From: Polyangia bacterium
GTDB taxonomy: Bacteria > Myxococcota_A > Polyangia > JAAYKL01
NCBI GenBank assembly: GCA_050287845.1
Contig: JBNKCR010000098.1
Span: 288,001-352,000 of the forward strand
Length of the DNA: 64,000 nucleotides
Direction of reading: 5' to 3'
The notes beneath the pieces are model-generated. The model did no database searches, was not told the DNA's origin, and saw only the letters and a program-made list of their open reading frames with translations. Numbering within the stretch: the first letter of the stretch is position 1; every line of letters starts with the position of its first letter. The position numbers were made by a program, and so were the translations under genes. Shown here piece by piece: positions 60,418 to 64,000 of this stretch.

Positions 60418-61517
60418 TGCCGGTAGGAGCCATAGGTGCGGGATTCAATAACAGTCCCAATATCAATAATCTCACGGATGCAGCCAATGCGCTGGAGTCC
60501 ATGCTTTTTCGCGAACTGATGAAGAGCATGACCGAGTCCGTGGGAAAATCCGGATTGTTCGGCGAGGGATTTCAGTCCGAGATGTATCAGGACATGTATT
60601 CTTCCATGATGGCGGAACAGGCGGGGGGACATCTGGGAATTTCGGATATGTTTCTTAAAGCGCTTGGCGGCGATCCCGATGCCGACGCACATAAAAGCAA
60701 TGCATCATCCGCTGGTGGTCTGCACAATCTCGGCGCCGCCGGAGCGTTGCATGCGTATCGTGCGGTGGCGGAGAAAACCGGTGCGCCACCAGCCAATGTG
60801 GAGTTGCACAAGGTGGCTATGTCCTTTGTAAACGATGACGCCGCGGCGCGGTGGGCCAAAGATGGGTCATTGACCAATTCGGATCTGGCCGCTGATATTT
60901 CAACTGCTGAGGCGAACGGAGTGGCCAATTTCAATGTGAACGACGCCAATGGGTATGAAGGATTTCCCAAGTGCAATCTTTTTGCGTTCGAGATGCTGCG
61001 TCGGTCCGGCTACACCGTGCCGGTGACGGGCAGAAGCCACGGTTGGGGATATATGGGAGCGGATGCAGTGACGGGACTGGCCCGGAAAGGCCAGGTCGGT
61101 GAATGGGCATCGGTGAATACCGGATTGTCCGGGGAACAGTTGGATGGCATGGCATATCAGGGAACGCCATTGCTGCTGACTGGAAGTGGGTCCGGTGATC
61201 GGCTGGGGCATATGGCAGTGGCGGATCGGATTCACAGTGTGCAGCGAAACGAGCACGGTGATATCGTTGCCCTGGAGTATTCCGGCTGGGAAGCCACAGG
61301 GCACGGCGCATCCTACGGCAGACGGATGTGGCGGTTGGAGGGAGTTCAGGGAAATGGCCGTGGTGGACTGGAACGGATTGAAGTGCTTGCGCCCCGAAAA
61401 TCATCTGGCGCAGATGACGTGTACGTGACCGTGGGCAATCATCATCCCGGGGCGAGTATTGCGGATAAACCTGGTTCGTCTCAAGGTTTCAGGGATGTAA
61501 CCGACTTTAGTAAGTAG
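60417..61517 (+). CDS. flgJ: FlgJ-type rod-binding protein with an atypical C-terminal Cys/His hydrolase-like domain
   Basis: Rod-binding motif AANALESMLFRELMKSM...MYQDMY...LGISDM; position after flgI; C-terminal KCNLFA...GHMAV...WEA instead of GH73 motifs. Confidence 0.8.
   Translation: MPVGAIGAGFNNSPNINNLTDAANALESMLFRELMKSMTESVGKSGLFGEGFQSEMYQDMYSSMMAEQAGGHLGISDMFLKALGGDPDADAHKSNASSAGGLHNLGAAGALHAYRAVAEKTGAPPANVELHKVAMSFVNDDAAARWAKDGSLTNSDLAADISTAEANGVANFNVNDANGYEGFPKCNLFAFEMLRRSGYTVPVTGRSHGWGYMGADAVTGLARKGQVGEWASVNTGLSGEQLDGMAYQGTPLLLTGSGSGDRLGHMAVADRIHSVQRNEHGDIVALEYSGWEATGHGASYGRRMWRLEGVQGNGRGGLERIEVLAPRKSSGADDVYVTVGNHHPGASIADKPGSSQGFRDVTDFSK
61481..61507 (+). promoter_or_regulatory. 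Possible sigma28 promoter for flgM-flgN-flgK-flgL
   Basis: TCAA-N15-ACCGACTT versus consensus TAAA-N15-GCCGATAA, about 50 nt before flgM. Confidence 0.4.
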
Positions 61518-61555
61518 AGACGAAAGACCCTTTTGCAGACCTCTGGAGGTGCAAG

Positions 61556-61879
61556 GTGAAGGTATCAAAAACAGGAAGCGGCTCATCGGTAAACAAAGCG
61601 GGTGGCGCCAGAAAAAATTACGGTCCGTCAAAATCCAGTTCGAGGAAGGTGGAGAGTGCGGACTACGTTGATTCGGTAGAATTGAGTGATGCGGCGCAGC
61701 AAGCGTCCGGTTCGGATCAGGTGGAAGCGATTCAGGCAGCTGAGACCACAACAGATGGCCCGATGCCCGACCCCTATGAAACCAGCCGGAAAATGCTTGA
61801 GAAGGAATTAAAACGGGTTTTCAAGGCGACTTATCTCACTGATGGAGCAAAAAATGAGAAATACTACGATCAACGATAA
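61556..61879 (+). CDS. flgM: Putative anti-sigma28 factor FlgM (divergent)
   Basis: Low-complexity N-terminus, DSVELSDAA motif, GGAGG RBS, position between flgJ and flgN. Confidence 0.6.
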   Translation: MKVSKTGSGSSVNKAGGARKNYGPSKSSSRKVESADYVDSVELSDAAQQASGSDQVEAIQAAETTTDGPMPDPYETSRKMLEKELKRVFKATYLTDGAKNEKYYDQR

Positions 61880-62267
61880 AACTGAAACGATGGTCTCAGA
61901 TCTTGAAATGATTGATGCGCTGCAGCAGATGAGAACGGTGCTCGAACGGGAAAACAGTGCACTGCTCAAAGGGGATGCCCGTACGGTTGGCGAGTTGGCG
62001 GAAGAAAAACTGCGTTTGTCGTCGACCCTCGACGGGATGCGTCCCTCCGGTGACAGTGTGGCCATGGAGGTGCGCAGACTGGGCAGGGAAGTCCGGGAGA
62101 TGGCGAACTCCAACCACATACTGATTGAGCACATGCACCAGTACTACACGGGGATCATGTCGCTGATGATTAAAATGAACGGACAGACACAGACATATGG
62201 ACAGAGTGGATATATCACCAAACCGGCGCGTATGCATTCGCCGACCCGCAGGGAGATCATTGCATAA
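61842..62267 (+). CDS. flgN: Flagellar export chaperone FlgN
   Basis: LERENSALL..D......L.EEK, N.ILI, TYGQSG; position before flgK. Start uncertain. Confidence 0.8.
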   Translation: MEQKMRNTTINDKTETMVSDLEMIDALQQMRTVLERENSALLKGDARTVGELAEEKLRLSSTLDGMRPSGDSVAMEVRRLGREVREMANSNHILIEHMHQYYTGIMSLMIKMNGQTQTYGQSGYITKPARMHSPTRREIIA

Positions 62268-62276
62268 GAGGCTATC

Positions 62277-63677
62277 ATGACTTTGCTTCCCAGTAACATC
62301 ATCGGAAATCTTCATATTGCCAGACAATCGCTTATGAGCCAGCAGGTGGGGCTGAACGTGGTGGGGCAGAATGTCGCTAACGTGAATACCGAGGGATACA
62401 CCCGAAAACGGTTGTTGCTGGAAGCCCAGGAAAACTGGGGTGGGGTGGATGTTCAGGGGCTGAAGCGATATACGGATGAATTTGCCAATGCACGACTCAT
62501 TGATGAAACGAGTACGCTGGGTTTTTTCGAGCAGCAGTCCGAGATACTCGAGCACGTGAGCGATCTGTTCAACGATTTACAGGATACGGGGCTGGGTTCG
62601 GCCCTGGATAATTTTTTCGGGGCCATGCGAACCCTGGAATCGAATCCGTCTGATTTGACGTCCCGCATGGAAGTGCTGGTTCGCGGCGAGGAATTGAGCG
62701 AGACATTCAATCGGGTGTCCTCTGAAATGGAAGGCGTGCGTCGAAGTCTCGACGATTTGCTTCGGGTCAGCGCCTCTGAAGTGAATTCCCGGGTTGAAGA
62801 AATTGCGGAACTCAACAAGCAAATCTCGATGGCGCTGGCATTGGGACACGATGCGTCTGACAACCAGGATACACGGGACAGGTTGATTCTCGAAATCTCT
62901 GAGCATGTCAAGGTGAATCATATCGAGAACAGTGACGGTCAGGTCACGGTATTTCTTGAAGCCGGAATGCCACTGGTGGAAGGCAGCACCTTCTCAACAT
63001 TGTATGTCAGTCCCACCGCGGCGCCGGGAAGCGCCCAGGTGGAATATGTTTCTCCCAATGGCGCCAGTACAAATGTGACCGGTCGTCTGTCCAGCGCCCG
63101 AATGGGGGCGATCGTGGAGTTGCGGGACAACATTATTCCCGGATATCAGTCCGAACTCGATCAGCTGGCCTACGATATGGTGGATGCGTACAATACCCAG
63201 CATCAACTGGGTTTTGGTCTTGACGCGGTGGGGGGCCGGGATTTCTTTCAGGATCTGGGGGGCGTGGTCGCGAACGCAGCGGCGAATATGTCGCTGTCCG
63301 CGGATGTGGATGGCGTTCCGGAAAACGTGGCGGCAGCCGGAGCCGCCACCGGTGCAGCGGGCGACAACCAGAATGCCATTGCGTTGGCCAACCTGCCTGA
63401 GCAGCTGCTGACGGTGGGCGGTACACTCACGTTCAATGAAGCCTATGGGAATCTCGTGGGTTCAGTGGGGGTGGATGCCAGGCGCGCCAATGATTCAACC
63501 CGGGTGACAGAAAATACCATTGCCAATGTGGAGACCATCCGGGATTCGGCGTCCGGTGTGGCACTGGACGAAGAACTGACTTATATGCTGGCGTATCAGA
63601 GAGCATATCAGGCATCCGCCCGGGTGGTGAACACCACGGACGATATGATTCAGGTAATCCTGGGGTTGGGAGCGTAA
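62277..63677 (+). CDS. flgK: Hook-associated protein FlgK
   Basis: NVANVNTEGYTR, DTRDRL, GDNQNA, SGVALDEE..YMLAYQRAYQASAR. Confidence 0.95.
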   Translation: MTLLPSNIIGNLHIARQSLMSQQVGLNVVGQNVANVNTEGYTRKRLLLEAQENWGGVDVQGLKRYTDEFANARLIDETSTLGFFEQQSEILEHVSDLFNDLQDTGLGSALDNFFGAMRTLESNPSDLTSRMEVLVRGEELSETFNRVSSEMEGVRRSLDDLLRVSASEVNSRVEEIAELNKQISMALALGHDASDNQDTRDRLILEISEHVKVNHIENSDGQVTVFLEAGMPLVEGSTFSTLYVSPTAAPGSAQVEYVSPNGASTNVTGRLSSARMGAIVELRDNIIPGYQSELDQLAYDMVDAYNTQHQLGFGLDAVGGRDFFQDLGGVVANAAANMSLSADVDGVPENVAAAGAATGAAGDNQNAIALANLPEQLLTVGGTLTFNEAYGNLVGSVGVDARRANDSTRVTENTIANVETIRDSASGVALDEELTYMLAYQRAYQASARVVNTTDDMIQVILGLGA

Positions 63678-63678
63678 A

Positions 63679-64000
63679 ATGAGAATCACCGACCAGATGA
63701 TATTTCGGCGCGGCACACGGGATGTAGCCAGTCAGCGCAGTAATCTGTTTGATTTACAGGTGCAGTCCGCCACCGGCCAGAAATTTCAGTCGATTGACAA
63801 GGATCCGGTAAGCGCGGAGCGGGTACGCATGCTGAGAGAAGCCAAACAGGCAGCCACCCATTACGAAACCAACATCACCCGCTCCAAGACGCAGTTGGAT
63901 ACCGCGGATACCGCTCTGAGCGAAGCAACGAATCTGCTCATTCGTGCAAAAGAGATCGCACTGGCCATGGGCAATGAACTCACCGCACCACCGGAACGGA
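63679..64000 (+). CDS. flgL: Hook-associated protein FlgL (partial, runs off the window end); not in the ORF track
   Basis: Manual translation MRITDQMIF...LQVQSATGQKFQSIDKDPV...ADTALSEATNLLIRAKEIAL..GN, directly after flgK. Confidence 0.88.
   Translation, partial: MRITDQMIFRRGTRDVASQRSNLFDLQVQSATGQKFQSIDKDPVSAERVRMLREAKQAATHYETNITRSKTQLDTADTALSEATNLLIRAKEIALAMGNELTAPPER

Overview
Gene-dense bacterial chromosome segment of moderate G+C, with no rRNA, tRNA, CRISPR array or recognisable transposase. Gene content points to Myxococcota or a related delta-proteobacterial lineage (inference): Myxococcus-type Cys-rich/fibro-slime lipoproteins, a stand-alone MshEN protein, PilZ proteins, an ECF-FecR-TPR cluster, an M17 N-terminal-like gene after nusB, and Asp-Ser/Asp-Thr repeat lipoproteins. 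Housekeeping genes are ilvC, aat, serC, ribE-ribB(X)-ribH-nusB, glyQS, asd and pssA. The window ends in an apparently intact flagellar operon, flhA-flhF-flhG-fliA-flgF-G-A-H-I-J-M-N-K-L. Best candidate for something new: an unannotated ~120-nt small RNA at ~18156-18276. It starts just after a correctly spaced sigma-54 promoter and consists of two tandem homologous hairpins with compensatory base changes and the same C6 apical loop motif, ending in a U-tract (Pxr-like architecture). Other notable items: a FlgJ whose rod-binding domain is fused to a Cys-His-Glu (CHAP/NlpC-P60-like) domain instead of GH73; a separate GH73-like lipoprotein with the catalytic Glu replaced by Ala; a double zinc-ribbon protein with six YRSP[AS]F repeats; and a shared C-terminal Cys...VE* motif on four acidic-repeat lipoproteins. 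All family calls come from motif recognition by eye; no searches were run.
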